DNA of 50,757 nt from positions 1 to 50,757 of the forward strand of contig JAFWDK010000036.1 of assembly GCA_017513085.1 (NCBI GenBank), written 5' to 3'. A program made the translations under genes and the position numbers. This document shows positions 17,920 to 27,100 of this stretch, one piece after another (the first letter of the stretch is position 1; the number at the start of each line of letters is the position of its first letter). Origin of the DNA: Clostridiales bacterium. Lineage in GTDB: Bacteria > Bacillota > Clostridia > Saccharofermentanales > Saccharofermentanaceae. The notes below the pieces were generated by a model. The model saw nothing but the letters and a program-made list of their open reading frames with translations, ran no database searches and was not told where the DNA came from.

Positions 17920-18843
17920 TTGAGTGGAAAGATGGAAGTACATGTAAAAAAGTTTCATGAGATGACCCCGGAAGAACTATATGGAATCTTGAAGCTTCGT
18001 GTGGATGTCTTTGTTGTGGAACAGAAGTGTACTGCTCCGGAACTCGATGACCGGGATCAAGAAGCGATCCATGTCTGGATCACGGATGAGGATGGTGTGC
18101 AGGCGTACCTGCGATTGCTCGATAAGGGTGTAGAGCATGAGAAATATCACGCGATCGGGCGAGTGCTGACTTCGGAGAAGAAGCGTTCTGCCGGGTATGG
18201 GCGCGCGATCATGGAGGAAGGCATTCGCGTTCTGACGGAAACCTACGGCGAGGTGCCGATCTATCTTGAGGCACAAACGTACGCGGAAGGTTTTTACGGC
18301 AAGTTCGGATTTAAGAAGATTTCGGATGAATTCATACTGGATGGCATTCCGCATTATAAGATGTTGCGAAGCGCAGGTGCGGAAGCGGACAAGAACGGCG
18401 GCGCGGATGAAAACGGTTTTTCGTGCGAGACGTCGGCAAAAGTGAGGTTCCGTGTTGTGGAAGGCTTGTCGCAGATCCGGGTGGAAGATGTGGCGCGGCT
18501 TTTAAAGGCGACGTATTGGGCGGGGCAGCGTCCGGCCGAGAAAATCGAGAAATCGATGCGGCATTCGGATTGTTATGGAATCTATGTGGAAGGCGAACCG
18601 CGGCTGGCCGGGTTTGCACGTGTGATCACGGATCACGCGACGACTTTTTATCTGGCTGATGTGATCGTTGATGAAAGCCGTCGCGGCGATGGCCTGGGAA
18701 AAGCTCTGGTTTCATATATTCTGGGAAGCCCGAAATATGTGGGGCTCCGCGGGATCCTGGTCACCAAAGACGCGCACGGCTTGTATGAGAAATACGGCTT
18801 CGAGCGGCAGGACGGAAGGTTCATGAGCAGGAGCAGTAATTGA
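17920..18843 (+). CDS. Tandem GNAT acetyltransferase (ElaA-like domain fused to a second GNAT)
   Basis: ElaA-like LRVDVFVVEQ, IGRV, LEAQ...FYGKFGF, DGIPH. Second GNAT with FARVITD, LADVIV, RGDGLGKAL and AHGLYEKYGF. Confidence 0.88.
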   Translation: MSGKMEVHVKKFHEMTPEELYGILKLRVDVFVVEQKCTAPELDDRDQEAIHVWITDEDGVQAYLRLLDKGVEHEKYHAIGRVLTSEKKRSAGYGRAIMEEGIRVLTETYGEVPIYLEAQTYAEGFYGKFGFKKISDEFILDGIPHYKMLRSAGAEADKNGGADENGFSCETSAKVRFRVVEGLSQIRVEDVARLLKATYWAGQRPAEKIEKSMRHSDCYGIYVEGEPRLAGFARVITDHATTFYLADVIVDESRRGDGLGKALVSYILGSPKYVGLRGILVTKDAHGLYEKYGFERQDGRFMSRSSN

Positions 18844-18922
18844 ATCAAAAGTTGCGAGGAAAGCGATAAAGAAACAGATTAACTACAGGCAGTTGAAGTT
18901 CCATCATGTCTTCTCATGAAGT

Positions 18923-18966
18923 TCACTATTTCTAGCGATGTGCGAGGCGCTCGCCTGTGATACTCT
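18923..18966 (+). promoter_or_regulatory. Putative NarL/LuxR-type operator plus extended -10 (copy 1)
   Basis: TCACTA-tttc-TAGCGATGTG-N13-TGTGA-TACTCT; same architecture at 23957-24000. Confidence 0.65.
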
Positions 18967-19034
18967 CTTCTCAAAGCGGACAGATTCGTGTGTTTTCACG
19001 AAACTGAATTCTATTTGGGAACAGGAGAGAGAAT

Positions 19035-20348
19035 ATGAAAAGAAAGATCATTGCTTGTGTTTTGATGTTTGCCATGATTGCGTCTTTTGCGGCTTGTGAC
19101 AACAAGGAGAAGGAGACCGAGAAGGAGACGACGGCGAAGGTGACGACTACCGCGGACGAGGAGGAGACGACGAAGGAGTCGAAGGAGAGCTCAGCGGAAA
19201 GCGAGACATCAGCCGAGGCGACTTCGGAGGAAACGACAGAGGCGACCACAGAGGCGACCAGTGCTGCGGCGCAGGGTGAGCTGACGAAAGAAAAGTACGA
19301 TGCCATGACGCCGGAGGAGCTGCTTGCGGCTTTGGATATCAAGGATCCGCAGAACCTCACGGAGGACGAGTATTTCAGACTCCTCGAGACATACCGTTTC
19401 TGTGATCTTGATTACGAGAAGATGGAGATGGCGTCCAACAATTCTCCGACGAAGGAAGCGATCAAGCTGGTCAAGAAGCTTTCGATCGATAAGGTCATGG
19501 ATAAACTTCTGGATAGTGAATACCCGCAGGTCAGAGGCTATGGCCTCGCGAGCCTGCAAGGGCTTTTCGGTGTGAACGATAATTCCATGGCAAAAGCACT
19601 GGCCGTCCTGGAGACGGAGTCGGATGATTATTGTCTGTACTGTGCGACTTCCGGCTTGATGAATGAGATGAAGAATGACCCGAAGGTGGCGGATTTCATC
19701 TTTAAGATGGCGGATCACGAGAAAGCAAGGATCCGTGTGAGAGCAGCCATTGCGATCGGTAATTCCTGGTCCAGAGGTGTGGACGGCACAGTGGAGAAGA
19801 TCACCGAGATGATGAACGATCCGGATATCGATGTGCAGAAGAGTGCGCTTGCGAACAGCGGTAAGCTTCATGACGAGGCGGTGATCGAGCCGATCGTGGC
19901 GATCCTGAACGATGAATCCCGTGCCAAGGTGCATGGCGATGCGATCCGTGGTCTGTCCTGGATGTGGCTGGACTACCCGTCGCACGAGTCGACTTGCGAA
20001 GCGGCGTATAAGGCGACGCTGGATTACTATTCCAAGACACCGAGAACGAAGGATGTTCCGGCATGGAGCGGTATTTCCAATTTCAACATGGTTTCGGAAA
20101 AGAATATGGAAGAAAGCAAGTGGCGTGAAAATGCAACATATTTCAACGCGGATGAGTTTACGAAAGTCATGGCGGATCTGATCGCGGATCCGGACGCGAA
20201 CTGGCTTTCGAAAGAACCGGCCATGAAAGCCGTGCTGGCACTTTGTCCGGAGAAATTTGACTCGCTCGAAGAGGCAGCGAAAGCTTGCGGAGACAAGAAG
20301 GTCGCCGATGCTTTTACCAAACTTAAAGAAAAGCAGAGCCAATCTTGA
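19035..20348 (+). CDS. HEAT-repeat lipoprotein with E/T/S-rich linker
   Basis: Lipobox FAAC, E/T/S-rich linker, HEAT-like repeats (LLDSEYPQVRGYGL, MADHEKARIRVRAAIAIG, MMNDPDIDVQKSAL). Confidence 0.8.
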   Translation: MKRKIIACVLMFAMIASFAACDNKEKETEKETTAKVTTTADEEETTKESKESSAESETSAEATSEETTEATTEATSAAAQGELTKEKYDAMTPEELLAALDIKDPQNLTEDEYFRLLETYRFCDLDYEKMEMASNNSPTKEAIKLVKKLSIDKVMDKLLDSEYPQVRGYGLASLQGLFGVNDNSMAKALAVLETESDDYCLYCATSGLMNEMKNDPKVADFIFKMADHEKARIRVRAAIAIGNSWSRGVDGTVEKITEMMNDPDIDVQKSALANSGKLHDEAVIEPIVAILNDESRAKVHGDAIRGLSWMWLDYPSHESTCEAAYKATLDYYSKTPRTKDVPAWSGISNFNMVSEKNMEESKWRENATYFNADEFTKVMADLIADPDANWLSKEPAMKAVLALCPEKFDSLEEAAKACGDKKVADAFTKLKEKQSQS

Positions 20349-20409
20349 TGAGAAACGTGGCGTCTAAAACCGTTAAGTAGTAAAATCGAAACGGAATGGT
20401 GGAACGAGG

Positions 20410-22011
20410 TTGGGTATGATCAGCAGCACGCAGAAAAGAAGAATACTGCACTTTATATTGTTTTTTGCAGGCATTTTGCTGTTCAATTTCGTCAACACAT
20501 TTATTCCGGCGCGTACGCACGATATTATCTCATTTGCATATATGGGCTTTGTCGTCGCATGGTATCTCTCCGTCCGCGAACGGATCATCAGTGGTACCAT
20601 GCGGCGCCTCTTTTTTGTCGGAGCGGCCTCACTGGTCGTATTGTTTTTGCTTCGCGTCGTAAAGTGGAACTACTTCGGCATGTTCCGGAAACCCAACGAG
20701 TACCTGTGGTACATCTACTATATTCCGATCGTGCTGCTGCCTTTTACTTCACTGAATATCGCCCTTCGGGTCGGTATCTATAATGAGCGGAAGACCCGCT
20801 GGGTGACGAGGATCCTGAATGCGATCGCGACACTTCTTTGCGTACTCGTGCTGACGAATCCGATTCATAACTTTGTATTTAAGATCAAGGATCTCGATCC
20901 GGATCACATGAAATACAGTTTCGGGATCGCATATTTTGCACTGGTTGCCTGTTCGCTGATTGCGATCATCGCGGCCTTCTCGATCCTGTTTCACCGATGC
21001 AGTCTCAGCGCCAGCCGTCGCCTGGCGTTCATACCTGTACTTGCTCTTGTCCTCGGCATTGGCATGATCGCCGCATATTACATTAGCGGCGGCGCGCCGA
21101 AACTGTTCGGTTCGAAGCTTTTTAATCTTCAGGAAGCATTCGAATTTCTCTTTATCGGATTCTGGGAAAGCTGCATCCAGATCGGCCTGATCCCTACGAA
21201 TTCCGACTACGGTACGCTCTTTGAGGCGTCGGGTCTGGACGCGTATATCTGCGATACCGAAGGTTCGATCGTGTACCGCACGGCAAACTTTGCTTCGCAC
21301 GAGGATTCACCGGATTACCGCGTGACCGCCCAGAATATCTGCGGCGGTAAAGTGGTCTGGCAGGATGACCTTTCGAAGATCAACGAGATCCGGGCTTCCC
21401 TTATTGAAGTGACAAAAGAACTGGCCGATGAGAATGCGCTTCTTGAGCTGGAGCATGAGACGAACAGTAAGAAACAGGAAATGGATTCTCTGATGAATCT
21501 CTACGATGAACTTTATGATTCTGTCCGTCCTGAAGTGACGAGTCTGCAGAAACTTCTGGAATCGATCCGGAAGGGCGGACCGGATGAAATCAAGAATACA
21601 CGGATCGCCACGGTGTTGGGTGCTTTTATCAAGAGACGCGGAAACCTCTCGATCCTCGCGCACGATAACCCCGAGATCAGTCTGAGCGAACTGGAATATG
21701 CGCTTCGAGAGTCGATGTATTTTATCTCGCAGACGAAGACCAGGTGCAATGTCATGGTGAGCGGCAAAGGCAAAGTTCCTGCCGAAAAGCTGATCCGGAT
21801 GTACGAGGTGTTCCACGCCGTGTCGATGGAATTTCTTGATACGGAGTGCAGCATCATGGTGAATGTTTCAAAAGGCAAGAACTGCTCGATGCGCATCATG
21901 GCGGACCATCTTCTGGAGGAAAAGTCTGCGGAGCATTTGAGAGAACGAATCGGGCAAGACACGCGGTTGTCTTTCGATAAAGAGGAAGAGGTAACGTATA
22001 TTACATGTTGA
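20410..22011 (+). CDS. 7TM membrane sensor, histidine-kinase-like but apparently lacking the H-box and ATP-lid motifs
   Basis: About seven N-terminal TMs (HisKA_7TM-like), PAS-like segment, coiled coil and GAFIKRRGNL; no recognisable HD/HE or GxG motifs. The start may be ATG 20416. Confidence 0.7.
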   Translation: MGMISSTQKRRILHFILFFAGILLFNFVNTFIPARTHDIISFAYMGFVVAWYLSVRERIISGTMRRLFFVGAASLVVLFLLRVVKWNYFGMFRKPNEYLWYIYYIPIVLLPFTSLNIALRVGIYNERKTRWVTRILNAIATLLCVLVLTNPIHNFVFKIKDLDPDHMKYSFGIAYFALVACSLIAIIAAFSILFHRCSLSASRRLAFIPVLALVLGIGMIAAYYISGGAPKLFGSKLFNLQEAFEFLFIGFWESCIQIGLIPTNSDYGTLFEASGLDAYICDTEGSIVYRTANFASHEDSPDYRVTAQNICGGKVVWQDDLSKINEIRASLIEVTKELADENALLELEHETNSKKQEMDSLMNLYDELYDSVRPEVTSLQKLLESIRKGGPDEIKNTRIATVLGAFIKRRGNLSILAHDNPEISLSELEYALRESMYFISQTKTRCNVMVSGKGKVPAEKLIRMYEVFHAVSMEFLDTECSIMVNVSKGKNCSMRIMADHLLEEKSAEHLRERIGQDTRLSFDKEEEVTYITC

Positions 22012-23282
22012 TCCTGGCGGTAAAAGAACTGAATCTTTCCGATAACCTCATGGTCCTTCGTGGCCTGGGCTTCTTGTGGGGCGCGGTGGTCACGCTCGGT
22101 CTTTTCGACAGCCTCTTTGACGGGATCCGGCATAAGGCAGGACGAAAGCGTGTCCTCGGGAATCTGGCGGCACTTCTTCTTGCACACCTGATCACGATCA
22201 TGGCCAACGAAGGCGTGCTGATCACGTACGGTCCTGCTGTGACGGCCGGAACTTTTGCGCTCCTTCTGCTTCTTAGTATCGGCATCGTGTTTCAAGTCCG
22301 ATACAGTGTCCGAAGACGGAAGTCGCGTATCTATCCGGGCTCGGTCAAAGAGTCGGTCGACCAGCTCTCGACGGGCGTCTGCTACTACTACGGAGACGGC
22401 CGCATCAAACTGCATAATGCCAGCATGGAAAAGATCTGGAACGACCTTACAGGAAAAAGCATGGTCGACGGGCGGGAGCTTTGGGAGACGATTTCGCAAG
22501 GCCGGGCACAGTCGGGTTCGTGCATCAGTAAGGGTGAGGTACCGATCTATATGCTGCCGGATGAAAGTGTGCGAAGCTGGCGCCGTAATAAGGTCAGTAC
22601 GGACGGCATGGAGCTTTATGAGGTGCTTGCGGCGGATGTCACGGAGGAGTATGCGCTGGTCCATGATCTGGAAGAAAAGAAGGAGCGTCTCCGTCACAGG
22701 GGAACAAGGCTGAAGGCAGTAGGCGAGAGGATCGATGCGCTGAATATCGAGAAAGAGATCCTGGATTCGAAGATCCGCATTCACGATGACTGGGGACGTG
22801 CTTTGATCACGGCAAAGGCGTTCATCGAACAGCCGGATATGGAAAAGAAAAGAGGATTTCTGACGCTTTGGGAGCGAAACATTTCCTATGTGGAAGAAAA
22901 CGAACAGTCCGAAGCCAAGGACGCGTACGATGATATTTTCCAGAGTGCGAAGTCGCTGGGACTCACGATCGATATCGATGAGGAACTTCCGTCGGATTAC
23001 GATACGAGAAATCTCCTGATCCACGCGATGGCGGTCTGTATTGGTAATATGGTCAAACATGCGGAGGCAACGACGCTGCATGTTAAGACCGTGCACAAGG
23101 ACGGGCGCTGCACATATACATTTACGAATGACGGACAGCCGCCTGCAAATACGGTCGAGGAAAAAGGCGGCCTGAAAAATCTGAGAAGAAGAGTTGAGGC
23201 GCAGGGAGGCAGTATGTTTATCGACAGCATGCCGCGTTTTGCACTGCATATTGAACTGGGGGAAAAGCAACATGACACATAA
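22005..23282 (+). CDS. Sensor histidine kinase (HisKA_3/NarX-like)
   Basis: N-terminal TMs, KIRIHDDWG H-box, NMVKHAEA N-box, TNDG and GGLKNLR; start uncertain. Confidence 0.85.
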   Translation: MLILAVKELNLSDNLMVLRGLGFLWGAVVTLGLFDSLFDGIRHKAGRKRVLGNLAALLLAHLITIMANEGVLITYGPAVTAGTFALLLLLSIGIVFQVRYSVRRRKSRIYPGSVKESVDQLSTGVCYYYGDGRIKLHNASMEKIWNDLTGKSMVDGRELWETISQGRAQSGSCISKGEVPIYMLPDESVRSWRRNKVSTDGMELYEVLAADVTEEYALVHDLEEKKERLRHRGTRLKAVGERIDALNIEKEILDSKIRIHDDWGRALITAKAFIEQPDMEKKRGFLTLWERNISYVEENEQSEAKDAYDDIFQSAKSLGLTIDIDEELPSDYDTRNLLIHAMAVCIGNMVKHAEATTLHVKTVHKDGRCTYTFTNDGQPPANTVEEKGGLKNLRRRVEAQGGSMFIDSMPRFALHIELGEKQHDT

Positions 23283-23895
23283 TATCTTAATCGTGGACGA
23301 TCAGAAAATGCAGCGTATCGCGCTGCAGACGAGCCTTTCGGAGAATCCGGACTACCATGTCGTGGATTCGATCGGCACGGCCGAGATGGCGATCAACTTC
23401 GCAGACAGTAAACCGATCGACCTGATCATCATGGACATTGTCATGACGGCCGGGATCAATGGGATCGAGGCGGCGAGCCGCATCAAGCGCGATCACCCGG
23501 AGATCAAGATCATCCTGGTGACAAGTATGCCGGAAGTGTCCTACATCGAGAAGGCGAAAGAGGCCGGGGCGGAAGGCATGTGGTATAAAGAGCAGGAATC
23601 GTTGCCGCTTGAGACCGTGATCGGAAAGGTCCTTTCCGGCGAGGTGGTCTATCCGGAAGCCACACCTGTCCTGACGATCGGTATTGCTTCGAGCACGGAT
23701 TTTACCCAGCGCGAACTGGATGTGCTTCGTAAAGTGGTGTACGGCTATTCCGACCAGGAGATCGGCGAGGCGCTCAATATGAGTATCTGGACGGTCCGCT
23801 CCCATGTTAAGAATCTCCTGCAGAAGACCGGATTTAAAAACCGGGTCGAACTGGCCGTGAATGTCCGGTCCTCGGGACTGGTGATCGACGAATAG
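23272..23895 (+). CDS. NarL/LuxR-family response regulator
   Basis: ILIVDDQ and IMDIVM receiver; FTQRELDVLR..GYSDQEIGEAL..TVRSHVKNLLQK LuxR HTH. Confidence 0.95.
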   Translation: MTHNILIVDDQKMQRIALQTSLSENPDYHVVDSIGTAEMAINFADSKPIDLIIMDIVMTAGINGIEAASRIKRDHPEIKIILVTSMPEVSYIEKAKEAGAEGMWYKEQESLPLETVIGKVLSGEVVYPEATPVLTIGIASSTDFTQRELDVLRKVVYGYSDQEIGEALNMSIWTVRSHVKNLLQKTGFKNRVELAVNVRSSGLVIDE

Positions 23896-23956
23896 CGAGG
23901 AGCGGCGACGGATACAAAAAGAAAAACTCCCTGAGACAAGTGCTTTTGGAGAAAAA

Positions 23957-24000
23957 TCACTAGTAATAGCGATGTGGAAAGAGGCGCTATGTGGTACCCT
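23957..24000 (+). promoter_or_regulatory. Putative NarL/LuxR-type operator plus extended -10 (copy 2)
   Basis: TCACTA-gtaa-TAGCGATGTG-N13-TGTGG-TACCCT, with spacing identical to 18923-18966. Confidence 0.65.
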
Positions 24001-24102
24001 TCTGATAAGGTGCACATAGTGTTGTTTGTGTTGTGCGGATATTGGTGGAAAAACTTGGCGCGGGATGTGCCGACCAAGGGGAAACGGAGGCAGAGGCAAG
24101 AT

Positions 24103-27100
24103 ATGAAAAAGAATGCGATTCGATGGGCAGGCATGGCCGTTGTGCCGGTATTGGCAGCAGCAATGACGGTTCCGATGATCCAGGTTTTTTGGGGACAAAC
24201 TAAGGTGAGGGCTGCCGAAGGCGTGAGAATCAAAAGCGATTACTTCCCGGATTCTATATTCCGGAAATATGTTTCGGATAATTACGACGTCAATCCGAAG
24301 GATAGTTTCTTGTCCGAAGAGGAGCTCGCAGCGGTGACTTCGATAGATGTTAGGGATATGAAGATCACGGACTTAAAGGGGATAGAATACTTTACCTCTC
24401 TGCAAAATCTGGACTGCAGAACAAACGAAATCGCACAGTTGAATCTGGAGAAGAACACAGAACTGAAATTTCTGAACTGCAGTGAAAACAAGATTGAACA
24501 GCTGGATCTGGGAAAAAATACTAAACTGTCAACTCTGGACTGCAGTAACAACAACCTCTCGCGGCTGAATCCGCCGAATCTGCCGAGTTTGAGAATACTT
24601 AACTGTTACAACAACAATCTGACTGAACTCAGTATGAGTAATATGTCGGAACTTCGAGAATTCTCGTGTCACGACAATCAAATCAAAAGCCTCTTTCTTA
24701 GATATTGTACCAAACTTTATGAGTTAAACTGCGCGAACAATCAGCTTTTACAACTGGATCTGAGAGAAAATGCCATGCTTGAAAAAGTGTTCTGTCAGGG
24801 AAACAAAATTGAAAGAGTGTATGTTCCCAATGTTACTAAACTCAAAACCTTGAACTGCGCGGATAACTGGATAGATTATATAGATTTGAAAGAGAGTCCG
24901 GACCTGAGTTACTTGAATTTGTCTATGAATCGCTTGCTCTCTCTGGATGTAAAAAAATACACCAATCTTCACTACTTATACTGCCATACAAACAGTTTAA
25001 GCTCTTTGGATCTGAGTGCATGTACGAAACTGATGGAAATGGATTGCTCGAGAAATTATTTCACTTCACAACCGACTGTTCCTGACGGATGTGTGTTGAC
25101 ATATTCTCCTCAGAATACTTTTGTCTCCGGTTCGATTCCTGTGGATAAGACACACTTCCCGGATGCGGCATTCCGACAGTTTATTTCGTTGGAAATCGAT
25201 AATGCTCCGCTAGATGGTTGGTTGTCAAAGAAAGAAATCAATGCGGCTACAGTTTTAGATTGTTCAGGCAAGGGGATCGTTTCTCTGAAAGGAATCGAGT
25301 ATTTTTCAAATCTGCAATACTTTGACTGTTCTTCCAATAATCTTATCACTCTGGACCTGAAGTCGAATAAGGAGCTTTTTAAACTTACTTGCAGGAACAA
25401 CCCCGAGTTTTACGGCCTGTATATCTCGGGACTTGAGAAACTTGAAATCGTGTATGGCTCGAAATGCAGTATTGCCACACTGGATATCAGTACGACTCCG
25501 AATCTGAAATCTCTTGAAGTCAACGATAACAAACTGATTAAGTTGGATGTCAGTTCGAATCTTAAGCTTAAAACGTTGGAGGTAAACAACAATCGTCTGA
25601 CAAGCCTCGATGTCAGTAAAAACACAGCATTGACTGATTTGGAATGCGCGAACAATAGCATTCCGTTACTTGATGTGACCCCATGTACAGGATTGAGAAT
25701 CCTTCATTGTGAATATAATTATCTGGAAAAAGTAACAGGGATTCCTAAAGGATGCACGTATTTGTATACAACACCGCAGAAAACGGTTCCTTCTGTCACC
25801 GGCCTTTCCGGCTACTCCATGTCAGAGAAGGAAATACATCTGGAGTGGGATCGAACAGTTGGTGTAGATGGATATGAAGTGTATATGGGCAGCTATTCGG
25901 AAGGGTATTTTTCTAAGATGGCGACATTGGAGGGGATATACAAGACTACGCATACGATCGAGAACCTTGCTCGTGATAATGACTATTACTTCAAGATCCG
26001 GTCTTACCTGAAGGTTGGAACAGAAATACGATATAGCGAATTCAGTGAAGTCCTGTGTATTACTACACCGGTTGATGTGAACGCAGCCAATTTCCCAGAT
26101 GCAGAGTTTCTGCGTTATGCCGAATACATGGATACAAAACAAGACGGACAGCTGACCAGGGATGAGCGCAATGCAGTAACGAAACTTAATATTGCGGATT
26201 GCGACATGGCGGATCTGACAGGTATCGGTTTTTTCAACCAGTTGAAAGAACTATATTGTGGCGATAATAAACTGACTTCTCTTGATCTGAGCAAGAATAC
26301 GGAGCTGCTTGTACTTGATTGCAAAAGGAATACGGAACTGCAATCGCTTGATATCAGTAAGAATAAGAAACTTCGCACGCTGAATTGCTCCGGATGCAGC
26401 TTGTCAAGTCTGGATCTTTCAAATAATTACGATCTGGGGTCACTTTCGTGCTCGAATAATCAGCTCAAAGAACTGGACCTGAAGCGGAATCCGAATCTCC
26501 AATATTTGAATTGCTGTGTGAATTACCTGACTTCTTTGGATCTGAGTAATAATGATATCTTGTTTGATATGGATATTTGGGGAAACCAGATCGAGACGGT
26601 GGATATACACCATATCCAGTGGCTTATCGAGAATATCGTAGAACCTGGAGAGACTGAAGTGCAGCCTATCGAAATGACCTGCTGGGATGTTTTCGGAGCG
26701 ACGTACGATTGTTATATGGTCGGCGCCGAAGCCGCTCATGTGAGCTACGACAAGACGACCCGCCTGATCCTCAAAGAACGTGCAAAGTGCACGGTGACTT
26801 TTGATGCGAACGGCGGTTCGGGTTCGGTAAAAGCACTGACTGTTCTGGAGGGGGATTCGATTACGCTTCCGTCCAACGGTTTTACTGCACCGGATGGAAA
26901 AGTATTCGATAAGTGGAGCGCCGGAAACCCGGGCGATAGTGTTGTTGTGAACGCGGATATGGCGGTCAAGGCAATCTGGAAGAATGCGCCGGGTGGTCCG
27001 ACGAAAACTCCTACCAAGATCCCTACGAAGACGCCTACAAAAGTGCCGACAAAAGCACCGACTAAAACACCGACAAAGACACCAACCAAGGCGCCGACAG

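Noticed and set aside
19209-20342. 377-aa minus-strand ORF
   Set aside because: Antisense shadow of the HEAT lipoprotein.
21513-23273. 586-aa minus-strand ORF
   Set aside because: Antisense shadow of the kinase genes; no motifs, and the composition is typical of reverse-frame reading in GC3-biased DNA.
23974-24102. Upstream extensions in the ORF track (also 23194, 33668, 42934, 48299, 6300, 14021, 47561)
   Set aside because: Downstream ATGs have better RBSs and family-typical N-termini, and the extensions overlap promoters or neighbouring genes.
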